64,000 bases of DNA from an uncultured Nitrososphaerota archaeon (GTDB lineage Archaea; Thermoproteota; Nitrososphaeria; Nitrososphaerales; Gagatemarchaeaceae). The DNA lies in the NCBI GenBank assembly GCA_963718895.1, contig CAVRAG010000008.1:1024001-1088000 (forward strand), given 5' to 3'. The notes under the pieces are model-generated. The model was not told the DNA's origin. It did no database searches and saw only the letters and a program-made list of their open reading frames with translations. Made by a program: the position numbers and the translations under genes. Below, piece by piece: positions 40,515-49,742 of this stretch. Position 1 is the stretch's first letter. Each line of letters starts with the position of its first letter.

Positions 40515-40545
40515 CTCATCAGTGATGAGCACCACTGATGAGGAA
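40515..40545. promoter_or_regulatory. Tandem palindromic operators CTCATCAGTGATGAG and CACCACTGATGAGGAA
   Basis: Perfect 7-1-7 inverted repeat at 40515-40529; a 16-bp copy identical to the one at 40130 precedes TTTAGAT (40551). Confidence 0.65.
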
Positions 40546-40577
40546 TTCTCTTTAGATGGGCTCCATCCTTTCGCTCC

Positions 40578-40766
40578 ATGGGCCTGACCGGTTCACTCTG
40601 GCCGAAAGACGCACGGCTTGGCACGCTCGACGCGAAGCTCGAGGGGATTGGCAGAGCAACTGCGGTGCTCGGCCGCGTCTCGGATGACCGCGCAACCACC
40701 GCATCGACATCGTGCGAAGAGGCTGCGATGAAAGCGCGCGCCGAGCTAGTCCATTCGACTCCGTGA
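40578..40766 (+). CDS. Small 62-aa protein, first gene of the ATPase-toxin operon
   Basis: ATG about 21-27 nt after the TATA box (leaderless geometry); GTGA overlap with the ATPase start. Confidence 0.5.
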   Translation: MGLTGSLWPKDARLGTLDAKLEGIGRATAVLGRVSDDRATTASTSCEEAAMKARAELVHSTP

Positions 40767-43720
40767 GGCGATTGGGGCTCTACTCTTTCCTTGCGAAGGT
40801 CATCGTCCTCGCGGCCATCCTTCTGGTCGGCTTCGTCCTAGCGGGGGCGCTGCTCGACGCAGTGACCTGGACCTCCGCCGCCATCGGGCTCCGCCAGGGG
40901 TCCAGCTCGCCGTTCGAGCTGTACTCCGGCGACGCCCTGGTCCTCAGCGTCTACGCGTGCGTCGCCGTCCTCTTCACGGTCCCCGCCTCGCTCGCCCTGG
41001 TCGGTCACGCCGGCGCGTGGCTCAGGATCGTCGCGGCGAGGTCCGCCAAGTACCTCGGCGCGGCGCTGGTCTGCGCGTGCGGGGTCTATCTCGCCGGCAA
41101 CGCGGCGGTGGACCTCACAGCCGGCGTCGGAGGGCTGGAGGACGGCCTCGAGGCAGGGGTGCTGCTGGTCTCAGCGGCAGCCCTCCTGCTCCTCCTCGTC
41201 TCGAGGGTCGCTCTCCTGAAGGCGGGGGGTCACCTGTTCGAAGGGGTGGCGGGAGCCGCGGGGGCGGTGCGTAGTCGGAGCCTCGCCCGGGCCAGCGTCG
41301 AGCTGAGGGCCACGCCCACGGAGCGGATCCGGGAGAAGGAGAGGCCCGAGAGGATACGCTCGGAGGCGATCAGGGTCCAGAGGCTCGTCCAGAGCCTCAC
41401 CTCGGCGGGCGGGCGGGTGGAGTTCAGGCTGGGCTTCACCGAGGGCAGGGGGAAGGTGGCCGTCTCGGTTTGCCGCCACACCTCCGCTGAGGAGCTGCAG
41501 CGATGGCTGCTCTCAATGGTCAAGGCGCATCTCCCAGAGTACGACCCGGTGGGCCCCGTCCAGCCCTCCGTCCGGAGGGGAGTCGGCCGGTGCGTCCCCG
41601 TCGGCGGCGTCCCCGAGGCGGTCGAGAACCCCCTCGAGCCCCTCTCACGATACTTCCTCGAGAACGGCCTCTCCGGCGAGTACGTCGCGGTCCTCGAGAA
41701 GAGGCGGGCGAACCCGTTCAGGAGGCTCGCCGTGAGGGCCGAGCAGAGGCAAACGGCCGGGAGGTCGGGCGGCCAGCTGACGAGGCAGCCAACGCTCGCG
41801 GGCGAGCAGCGTTCCACACAGATTCGGGACCACGCGGAGGAGATGCGGCTCGAAGACTCCGTCAAGACCGTGGAGAGGCACGAGTCGAGCCTCTCCCTGA
41901 GGTGCTGGGTGTGGGTGACGGCCTACTCGGCCCTCCGCAGGGACGCCGAGCTCGCTGCCAAGGGCGCGTCCTCCGTCCTGGTGGGCGCGCTCTCCGGCCA
42001 CACGCCAGGCTCGACCCTGAAGGTCGGCCCTGCGCGGGACCCTCCGGTCACCCCGGATACGTGTGGAAACCCAACCCTTCTCCTGCCCGGCGAGGCGGTG
42101 CCCTATGCCTGGATGCCCCAGCATGCCATGGGCATGGCCATCGTCCCGTCCTCCGAGTTCGAGCTCCCGCCGAAGCTAGAGGGGGAGATACTGCTGGGGA
42201 GGGTGGTCGTCCACTCGGCCCCGACCGAGCACGAGGCCAGGATACCCGTCGACGCACTGAAGAAGCACCTCTTCCTCACGGGGATGACCGGCACCGGCAA
42301 GACCACCTCCAGCTTCAGCCTGCTCACCCAGCTCTACCGGCTCGGGGTCCCGTTCCTGGTCGTGGAGCCCGTCAAGAGCGAGTACCGCGCCCTCGCGGCG
42401 ACGATCCCGGGCCTGCAGGTGTTCACCCTGGGTGACGAGGGGACCGCCCCCTTCCGGCTGAACATCTTCGAGCCGCCCTCGGGGGTGAGGATACAGACCC
42501 ACCTGGAGAACCTCGAGGCCGCGTGGAACGCCAGCTTCGTCATGTACGCGCCCCTCCCATATGTCATCAAGGAGGTCCTCGCAGAGACCTACCGCGCCAG
42601 CGACTGGGACCTGCGGGACGACAGGAGGGGCAGGCCGATCACCCTCGAGGACTTCCGTGCGCAGTGCGAGAGGGTCTCGAGGAGGCTCGGCTACGAGCCG
42701 AAGGTGACGATGGACATCGAGGCGGCCCTCAGGACCAGGATGACCAGCCTCACGCTCGGCGGCAAGGGGCCGATGTTCGACTCGACCGCGTCGACCCCGG
42801 TCGAGGACGTGTTCAGGCGGCCGACGGTCATCGAGCTCAAGCGGATCCCCAACAACGAGGAGAAGGCGTTCGTCGCGTCCCTGATCCTCATGAACCTCGT
42901 CGAGTACATCGAGGCCAAGGGTTCGTCGAGGCAGCTGAGGCACGTCACCGTCATCGAGGAGGCCCACAGGCTCCTGCCCAACGTCTCCGCGGGGAAGGGC
43001 GACCCCGAGAGCGCAGACCCGCGGAAGAGGATGGTGGAGCAGTTCGCCAGCATGCTCGCCGAGGTCCGCGCCTACGGGGAGGGGCTGGTCATCGTCGAGC
43101 AGATCCCGACGAAGATAATCCCCGACGCCATGAAGAACACGGCCACGAAGGTCGCCCACAGGGTCGCGGCGGCCGACGACAGGGAGGCGCTCGCGGGCGC
43201 CATGAACCTCACGAAGGAGCAGGCGGCCGTCTTCGCGGCGCTACAGCCGGGGGAGGCGATAGTGAGCCTGGAGAGGCACGCCCTCCCCGTAAGGGTCCTG
43301 GTCCCGAACGTCGTCGAGGAGGCCGGGATGCCGGTCGGGGAGGTCGGCGACGAGGAGGTCAGGCGCCTCATGGCCGACTACTACCTGCGGAACCCGCTAC
43401 CCAAGGCGCCGCCGGGCCTGGTCGAGGACGGGATACTCTCCATTGTGGACACGGACTGGTTCAAGGTCAGGTTCAGAGAGGCGTACCGCATCTGGTTGGG
43501 CACAGGGAGCGCGGCCCCGCTCGCTGACCTGCTCGTGGACTCGGCGAGGAGACATCCGGGCGGCGGCGGGGAGGATGGGGAGACGCTGGAGGTGGCAGCC
43601 AAGATACTCTCCATGGCGGTGGCGTTCTACCTGCCCTTCGACGAGGAGGACCGGTCGAAGTTCCCGAGGCTGTTCATGTCCCAGGTGGAGAGGTCGATGA
43701 GGAATGGAAGGTGCGGGTGA
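40763..43720 (+). CDS. Membrane-anchored HerA/VirB4/FtsK-superfamily ATPase (DUF87-like)
   Basis: About 4 N-terminal TM; KHLFLTGMTGTGKT Walker A, VEPVKSEY, VIEEAHRLL Walker B, EVRAYGEGLVIVEQIP, NTATKVAHR, LQPGEA. Confidence 0.9.
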   Translation: MRRLGLYSFLAKVIVLAAILLVGFVLAGALLDAVTWTSAAIGLRQGSSSPFELYSGDALVLSVYACVAVLFTVPASLALVGHAGAWLRIVAARSAKYLGAALVCACGVYLAGNAAVDLTAGVGGLEDGLEAGVLLVSAAALLLLLVSRVALLKAGGHLFEGVAGAAGAVRSRSLARASVELRATPTERIREKERPERIRSEAIRVQRLVQSLTSAGGRVEFRLGFTEGRGKVAVSVCRHTSAEELQRWLLSMVKAHLPEYDPVGPVQPSVRRGVGRCVPVGGVPEAVENPLEPLSRYFLENGLSGEYVAVLEKRRANPFRRLAVRAEQRQTAGRSGGQLTRQPTLAGEQRSTQIRDHAEEMRLEDSVKTVERHESSLSLRCWVWVTAYSALRRDAELAAKGASSVLVGALSGHTPGSTLKVGPARDPPVTPDTCGNPTLLLPGEAVPYAWMPQHAMGMAIVPSSEFELPPKLEGEILLGRVVVHSAPTEHEARIPVDALKKHLFLTGMTGTGKTTSSFSLLTQLYRLGVPFLVVEPVKSEYRALAATIPGLQVFTLGDEGTAPFRLNIFEPPSGVRIQTHLENLEAAWNASFVMYAPLPYVIKEVLAETYRASDWDLRDDRRGRPITLEDFRAQCERVSRRLGYEPKVTMDIEAALRTRMTSLTLGGKGPMFDSTASTPVEDVFRRPTVIELKRIPNNEEKAFVASLILMNLVEYIEAKGSSRQLRHVTVIEEAHRLLPNVSAGKGDPESADPRKRMVEQFASMLAEVRAYGEGLVIVEQIPTKIIPDAMKNTATKVAHRVAAADDREALAGAMNLTKEQAAVFAALQPGEAIVSLERHALPVRVLVPNVVEEAGMPVGEVGDEEVRRLMADYYLRNPLPKAPPGLVEDGILSIVDTDWFKVRFREAYRIWLGTGSAAPLADLLVDSARRHPGGGGEDGETLEVAAKILSMAVAFYLPFDEEDRSKFPRLFMSQVERSMRNGRCG

Positions 43721-46700
43721 CAGGAGGGAGCAGCGCGACTCGCGCGAGGCACCAGACGGCGGGCTCGATGACTACAGGGTGGAGCTCGCGAAGAAGTACC
43801 GCGAGCCTGCCGGCGAGGAGGGCAAGAAGGAGCAGGCAGACATCCGGGAGCGGTCGAACGACGACGGAGGAAGACGGGTGGGAACGGACCCTGAGAGGGG
43901 CGAGAGACCAGCCGGGAGCGAGAATCAGAATCCGCATAGATACGAAGGCGATGGCGAGGCTACAGGACGGGTCAGCCAACCGCGTGAGCAGAGGGAAAGA
44001 ACCTCCAAGGCTGTCCACAAGGACGAATCGCCTCGCTCGGACGAGCCAAGAGACACAGAGTCGTCAAGAGGGCGAGCATCGAGTGCGGGACGCGCCGGAC
44101 CAAGTGAGGGACAGCCCAGCGAGAATGGAGGGACGGACCGGGCCGGTTCGGCAGCCGGGAGTCCCGAGTCGAGATCAGAAAACAGCGGTGGCGAGGAACT
44201 AGAGCGGTTCAGGAAGGATGTCAGAGACAAGTACCCTGAGTCAGAACACAGTGGGAGGCAGAACGAGGGCTCGATCGAGGAGGAAAGGAAATCGCTGCAG
44301 CGTGGGAATCCTGCCGACGAGAAAGCGGGACCGGCCCAATTCTCGGAGAGAGGTGAAAAGCCGATGGACCCTGACGAAGAAAGACGGACGGCTGCACCCG
44401 GCATTGATGGTCGTGGTGCCGGCCAGGAAGTCCACGAACCGAGGGAGGTTCCGCAAGGCCGGAACCAAGAGGAGAACGAAGGTCCACCGGTGAAGGCTGG
44501 TGGAGGGACTAGAATCGACGGCGATAGCAGGTCACATGATCGCCCGGAGCGCGGGCCTTTTGCGACGGCCGACGGCCCCGAACCGCGCACAGAACGCGAA
44601 GGTCACCGAGAAATAGGGCGGGCGGAGGGAGACGGAGGCAATCAGTCTGCGAAAGTTGAGGATTCACGCAGCGGCGTTGTAGCCATCGAAGAAGATGGTC
44701 ATTCGTCCCAGGACAGGAATCGGGCGAGCGAAACGGCGGAGTCAGTTCGGAGTTTGGGAACCGAAGCCCCGCCACCCCCGATGCACTCTGGTTCCCCAGA
44801 AAGCAAAGCGCAGGAGACCGTCGTAAATGACCAGGTGGAGCAGAATCAGAGTGTTCCAGCTGAGCGCGACCCATCGAGGAGCTTGGATTCTCGGGAATCC
44901 GTTAACACTCATCAAAAGGCCGAGTCTAACGATGGCAAAGGACATGCCAAGATCGACGCAGCCGAGGTCAGACTCCGGGAGAGTTCGACAACGAACAGAC
45001 CGAGCGAGCAGGCCGAACCTCATACTGACCTTGGCTCGAAAGCCAAGCCGGCATCGGAAGAGGGGGTCGCTCGACTCGAGCAGGTCAAAGAGCCCCCTGG
45101 TGCGAAAGGCTCGGTAGATTCCGAACCAGACAAGTTGCCCGCGAGGGCAATGGGGGTCAAGTCCGAGAACAAGGAATCCGAACTAGAACCCTCCCTCAGC
45201 GACGATAAAGTGCAAAAGATAGCAGCGATCGATGAGAGTGCATCATCGAGTGCACAGGAAGGACGGCACGAAACTCTCGATCCAGAGACCGCCGTCAGTC
45301 AGGGTAGGGCAGCGAATCCAAGAGAGACGAATGGGACTGAGAGCGGGGCCAACCCGGAACTCGGCGAACTTCAATCACAACATGAACTGAGAGGCGGACG
45401 GCCCGAAAGCCGAATGGACCGCGGTCAGGACAGGTCCGAAAAACCAGAACTTCAAACCATTCAGGCGAAGCTGGACTCGGATTCAGCGGCTAGACATGAG
45501 GCTCGGCCAGATGCTGCTGAGCAGCGGCCGTTGGCAGTCTTCCCACGAACGATCTACACCGTGGACAATCCGGACCACAAACTTCGATGGGATATGCACA
45601 TTCCTACCTTCAAGGCAAGAACCGGTGTCACCCTCGGGGAGGGCAAGATACACCACATCAAGGGGACCATAGATGGGAAATACGACTTCGAGGCGAGGCA
45701 CTTCAAAGGCAAGAGGCTGGTAGTGACCGTTCCGAAGGAGTACACCGATAAGTTAACGCCTGGGAAGCACATGGTAGTGATACACTCTGTCGAGGAAAAG
45801 AGGCAATTTGTTGCGTTTCCTCGGGGAAGTGACCGGACGATAATCGCTTTGAGAAAATCCGCAGTTGAGTCACTGGCAATCGGCAATGTGGAACGCGGTA
45901 GGGCGATTATTGAGATGGAGATGCGGAACCGATCGAAGCCCAATGATCCGCCCGTGAAAATTTTCGCTCACATAGCAGAATACAATGGAGGAGTAAGATT
46001 GTACATGAAAAAGTTCGGGGCGCGCGAGAGAGATGCCTACGAGATGACCCGTGCAGAAAGACTTTCGGTGAAGGACTTCATAGGCCGCTTCAACGCCCAG
46101 AAATCAGAAGAATTCAAGAATGTGCGGCTTGAATTGGAGGGAAACAGGCTTGGCATCCAGGTAGACGAAAACAAGTTTCCATTCAAGGAATATCGGTTGT
46201 GCACCAGTGATTCAAAGGCGCTGCTGAGGACAAGGCTGGATTTCTACAAGATGGAACTGAGATTCTGGTACGATGGAGAGAAGTTCAGGGCGAGATTTGG
46301 GGTATACCCAATCACAGAATTTAGGATTCGGAATGGCAAACCGAAGTTTGAACACTCGGCTAATCCAAGTTTGGTCGCCCAGAGAGTCACACACTTTGAG
46401 TCGATGAGGACAAGGAACACGGAAAGGCTCCACGAGGTAGCTCTGATGGAGAGAATCAACCTAACTTCAAGACCAGAGGGAATTGATGGAAGGTACGCGT
46501 TTGAGGTAACTCAGGAACTACGTGATTACGTCAAGAAGAAACTTGAAGGTGCGTCTACGTTGCGGAAGTTCACCACTCTCAAAGGAACGCTGGGAGAAAG
46601 GATGGCCCCTTTCATAATTAGAGATGACTGGGACCTTATCGCGGAACATCCAGATGTGAAGATGCCAAAGACTTTGAGTTGTCACAGGCCTGGTCCCGAC

Positions 46701-46925
46701 CTTCTGATGGGGTTGAAGACGACAAAGGAGTTCAATTATTTCGAGGTGAAATGGTATGACAACGTTGCTCAGGCCCTTGCAAGCGGATCCAAGGATGCGC
46801 GTAAGCATCTTCGTGAGAAGCGGAAATCCAACAAATATGGAAAGATTGTGGGCGCTTATGTAGCTGCATTAGATTGGAATCCTGAAGAGATGGATGGGAA
46901 TCTCCATGTCAAAAGAGCGAAATAA
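43704..46925 (+). CDS. 1073-aa protein: ~600-aa disordered N-region, beta-rich middle, C-terminal PD-(D/E)XK nuclease (candidate polymorphic toxin)
   Basis: KGTLGERMA...GPDLLM...FEVKW restriction-endonuclease-fold motif at the C-terminus; overlaps the ATPase stop; visibly falling GC toward the 3' end. Confidence 0.7.
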   Translation: MEGAGDRREQRDSREAPDGGLDDYRVELAKKYREPAGEEGKKEQADIRERSNDDGGRRVGTDPERGERPAGSENQNPHRYEGDGEATGRVSQPREQRERTSKAVHKDESPRSDEPRDTESSRGRASSAGRAGPSEGQPSENGGTDRAGSAAGSPESRSENSGGEELERFRKDVRDKYPESEHSGRQNEGSIEEERKSLQRGNPADEKAGPAQFSERGEKPMDPDEERRTAAPGIDGRGAGQEVHEPREVPQGRNQEENEGPPVKAGGGTRIDGDSRSHDRPERGPFATADGPEPRTEREGHREIGRAEGDGGNQSAKVEDSRSGVVAIEEDGHSSQDRNRASETAESVRSLGTEAPPPPMHSGSPESKAQETVVNDQVEQNQSVPAERDPSRSLDSRESVNTHQKAESNDGKGHAKIDAAEVRLRESSTTNRPSEQAEPHTDLGSKAKPASEEGVARLEQVKEPPGAKGSVDSEPDKLPARAMGVKSENKESELEPSLSDDKVQKIAAIDESASSSAQEGRHETLDPETAVSQGRAANPRETNGTESGANPELGELQSQHELRGGRPESRMDRGQDRSEKPELQTIQAKLDSDSAARHEARPDAAEQRPLAVFPRTIYTVDNPDHKLRWDMHIPTFKARTGVTLGEGKIHHIKGTIDGKYDFEARHFKGKRLVVTVPKEYTDKLTPGKHMVVIHSVEEKRQFVAFPRGSDRTIIALRKSAVESLAIGNVERGRAIIEMEMRNRSKPNDPPVKIFAHIAEYNGGVRLYMKKFGARERDAYEMTRAERLSVKDFIGRFNAQKSEEFKNVRLELEGNRLGIQVDENKFPFKEYRLCTSDSKALLRTRLDFYKMELRFWYDGEKFRARFGVYPITEFRIRNGKPKFEHSANPSLVAQRVTHFESMRTRNTERLHEVALMERINLTSRPEGIDGRYAFEVTQELRDYVKKKLEGASTLRKFTTLKGTLGERMAPFIIRDDWDLIAEHPDVKMPKTLSCHRPGPDLLMGLKTTKEFNYFEVKWYDNVAQALASGSKDARKHLREKRKSNKYGKIVGAYVAALDWNPEEMDGNLHVKRAK

Positions 46926-46938
46926 ATTGGAGGATTCG

Positions 46939-47538
46939 ATGAAGGAAGTCGCGGCGGTCTGCGACGCCATGTCGGATTGGACAGGGGCAAAATACGCCAT
47001 CATGCCCCCCGAAGATTGTCATCGCAGCTCTAATCCACCGAAATGGTTCATATTTGCGGATGACATAGACGAGTGTGAGTCTACTGCACATGCGGAGGCT
47101 CTGTGGAAGGACGATTCTGAAGTAATATGGATTGAATCGTACGAGCTCGGAGATACAACGAGTTGGGCCGAGCTAGACTACGGTGAGAAAGGGGCTATCG
47201 AATCGAGCGAGATGGACCTGACGGAATTCTCGAAGCCCGAGGTTCGAAGGAACTATGGGAATCGCTTCCCTATCGTTTATGAGTACCTCGTCGGGTATGA
47301 AAGCATACTCGCTGAGGTCTCAGCCGAGTACGGGGTGAATCTCCAGATGAGATACGCGGCCGAGGAAGGGGTCGCCTATTTCTATATGGACGCCGGGATA
47401 GACATGCGCGGGCTTGATCTCGATTCAATCCTTGAGAAGATTCGATTGAATGTCAAGGCTCTGGCGATGGCCTCAGAATCCATTGACAACTACGAAGAGA
47501 AGCAAGCTGCCTTCTATGAGAAGAACATGGCCGGCTAG
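46939..47538 (+). CDS. Acidic ~200-aa protein, candidate immunity protein
   Basis: GGAGG then ATG 13 nt after the toxin stop; very D/E-rich; its stop overlaps the ilvC stop (CTAG). Confidence 0.55.
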   Translation: MKEVAAVCDAMSDWTGAKYAIMPPEDCHRSSNPPKWFIFADDIDECESTAHAEALWKDDSEVIWIESYELGDTTSWAELDYGEKGAIESSEMDLTEFSKPEVRRNYGNRFPIVYEYLVGYESILAEVSAEYGVNLQMRYAAEEGVAYFYMDAGIDMRGLDLDSILEKIRLNVKALAMASESIDNYEEKQAAFYEKNMAG

Positions 47539-48536
47539 GTAACCTCCTCGCCCGGCCACATCATAGCCCGGAGCTTCTTTCCGACGACCTCGATCTGGTG
47601 CTTGTCCAGTTCGGCCATATACTTGTCGAACGACTGCTTCCCCTCCTTTTCGTAGACACTCACCCATTCCTTCGCGAACGTGCCATCCTGGATCTGCGTT
47701 AGGACCTTCTTCATGTTCTTCTTGACGTTCTGGTCGAGGGCCACCTTGCCTCTCGTGAGGCCGCCGTAGCGGGCCGTCTCGCTGACCCTTCGGTACATGC
47801 CCGCGATGCCGTATTTCTGGACGAGGTCGACGATCAGGCGCAGCTCATGTAATGTTTCGTAGTACGCCCCCTCTGGACTGTACCCGGCTTCGACGAGGGT
47901 CTCGAACGAGTCCTTCACCATGTTCTCCACGCCGCCGCAGAGGTCCACCTGCTCGCCGAACCAGTCCGTCTCGACCTCCTCCCTGAAAGTCGTCTCTAGT
48001 ATGCCCGCCCTCGAGCACCCGGTCGCCTTTGCCATCCCGAGTATCCTGTCCCAGGCCTTGCCGGAGTAGTCCTTCTCCACTGCGACGAGCGCTGGCGTCC
48101 CGAAGTTCTGAAGGTAGAGCTCGCGGACCCGCTGGCCCGGCGCCTTGGGGGCGAGCATTATCACGTCGGCCGTCTTTGGGGGGACAATCCACTTCCAGTG
48201 TATCGCCGCACCATGCGAGAAGGAGAGCGCGGCGCCTCTAGCGAGGTTCGGCGCTATCTCGTTCTTGTAGATGCTGGCTTGCTGCATATCCGGCGCCAGC
48301 ACGTGGACGATGTCCGCCTTCTTCGTCGCCTCCGGGACCGTCATCACCTTGTGGCCCTCCTTCTTCGCCTTCGCCCAGCTCTTGCCTCCCTCCCGCAGTC
48401 CGACGACGACCTTGATCCCAGAGTCCCTCATATTGGAAGCCTGAGCGGAGCCCTGGATCCCGTAGCCGATCACCGCGATGGTCTCGCCCTTCAGCGGGGC
48501 AAGACTGAGCTGTTCGTCCTTCCAGATTCTGACCAT
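47535..48536 (-). CDS. ilvC: Ketol-acid reductoisomerase
   Basis: IGYGIQG, FSHG, APKAPG, EVETDWFGEQVDLCGG, YYETLHE, VSETARYG. Confidence 0.97.
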   Translation of the reverse strand: MVRIWKDEQLSLAPLKGETIAVIGYGIQGSAQASNMRDSGIKVVVGLREGGKSWAKAKKEGHKVMTVPEATKKADIVHVLAPDMQQASIYKNEIAPNLARGAALSFSHGAAIHWKWIVPPKTADVIMLAPKAPGQRVRELYLQNFGTPALVAVEKDYSGKAWDRILGMAKATGCSRAGILETTFREEVETDWFGEQVDLCGGVENMVKDSFETLVEAGYSPEGAYYETLHELRLIVDLVQKYGIAGMYRRVSETARYGGLTRGKVALDQNVKKNMKKVLTQIQDGTFAKEWVSVYEKEGKQSFDKYMAELDKHQIEVVGKKLRAMMWPGEEVT

Positions 48537-48647
48537 GATTCTTGCGATGATGCGTCCCATCCACCGGATATAAGTCTAGGAGAGCCAGCTGAACTGTCCA
48601 TCACCGATTGGGCCGATGGCAGTTGCCGGGTCAGACGAGGCGCGGTG

Positions 48648-49586
48648 CTAGAAGGTCGAGACTACGTCGTTTCCGAAGGTAGTCACGGCCTCCAGCTCGC
48701 GTCTAGGGTCGAAGGAGAATATCAGGTAGTCGATTCCGGCTTCCCTGAACGTCTCTACTTCCCGACGTATCTCTTCCGGAGTCCCGTACGTCAGGAACTC
48801 TTTCATCCTCTCCTTCGTCATGCCGCTACCCATCTGCTCGAACCCCCTCTCTATGCCCTCCCTGTCGCCGAAGATGACCCTCCCCAACTTCGACTTGATG
48901 ATGGAATCGTAATCCCTCCCCACGTCTTTGCAGTGTTCGCGCAGGATGCCCAGCTTCCTCTTCACCGTCTCCGGCGATCCGAAGATGTTGGAGGCGTCTC
49001 CGTACCTGGCGACGGTCCTCAGCGTCCGTCTCTCGCCGCCTCCGCCTATCAGAATCGGGGGGTGCGGCTTCTGTATCGGCTTGGGGTTGCAGTAGGCGTC
49101 TCGCAGCTGGTAGAACTTCCCATCAAAGCTGGCTTTGTCGTCGGTCCACATCCGTCGAATCACCTGAACAGCCTCGTCCAGGCGCTGCAACCTCTCCTTC
49201 GTCGCCGGGAACGGTATCCCGTACGCGGAAGCCTCCTGGTCGTTCCAGGCGGCACCGATACCCATGAAGAGCCTACCCTTGCTCAGCACGTCCAGGGTCG
49301 CGCCCATCTTGGCGAGGACGGACGGGTGCCTGTAGGCGTTCCCCGTGACCATCGTGCCGAGCTTGATCTTCGATGTCAGACCAGCCAGCGCCGATATGGT
49401 CACCCATCCTTCGAGCATGGGCTCTTGTGGCTGACCAACACTCGGAATCTGATGAAAGTGATCCATCACCCAGAAGGAGTCGTAACCGAGATCCTCTCCC
49501 CTGACGGCAACGTTCTTGACTGTATCCACGATCGCTACGCCGTCGCCGTCGAACGTGAAGCTCGGGTGCTGGATGCCGAATTTCAT
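48648..49586 (-). CDS. F420-dependent LLM-class oxidoreductase
   Basis: WVMDHFHQI, LEGW, YRHPSVLAK, NPKPIQKPHPPILIGGGGE. Confidence 0.9.
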   Translation of the reverse strand: MKFGIQHPSFTFDGDGVAIVDTVKNVAVRGEDLGYDSFWVMDHFHQIPSVGQPQEPMLEGWVTISALAGLTSKIKLGTMVTGNAYRHPSVLAKMGATLDVLSKGRLFMGIGAAWNDQEASAYGIPFPATKERLQRLDEAVQVIRRMWTDDKASFDGKFYQLRDAYCNPKPIQKPHPPILIGGGGERRTLRTVARYGDASNIFGSPETVKRKLGILREHCKDVGRDYDSIIKSKLGRVIFGDREGIERGFEQMGSGMTKERMKEFLTYGTPEEIRREVETFREAGIDYLIFSFDPRRELEAVTTFGNDVVSTF

Positions 49587-49742
49587 GTTGATTCATCGGG
49601 CAGGGTGCTATTGAAGGTTCTCTCAATGAAGCTAGAGAACCCGTCGCCCGCATGTCTTCCCAGCGGGTCCGCGCCTCGTTGGTATCAGAGCTCACTGCAC
49701 TTCGCTTATATGCACCTCATTCCGGAAACCGGCCAGATTTCA

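Noticed and set aside
48536-48580. Leader-peptide control of ilvC (in-frame MGRIIARI extension)
   Set aside because: In frame with ilvC, has no stop or hairpins, and lies too close to the TATA box to be fully transcribed
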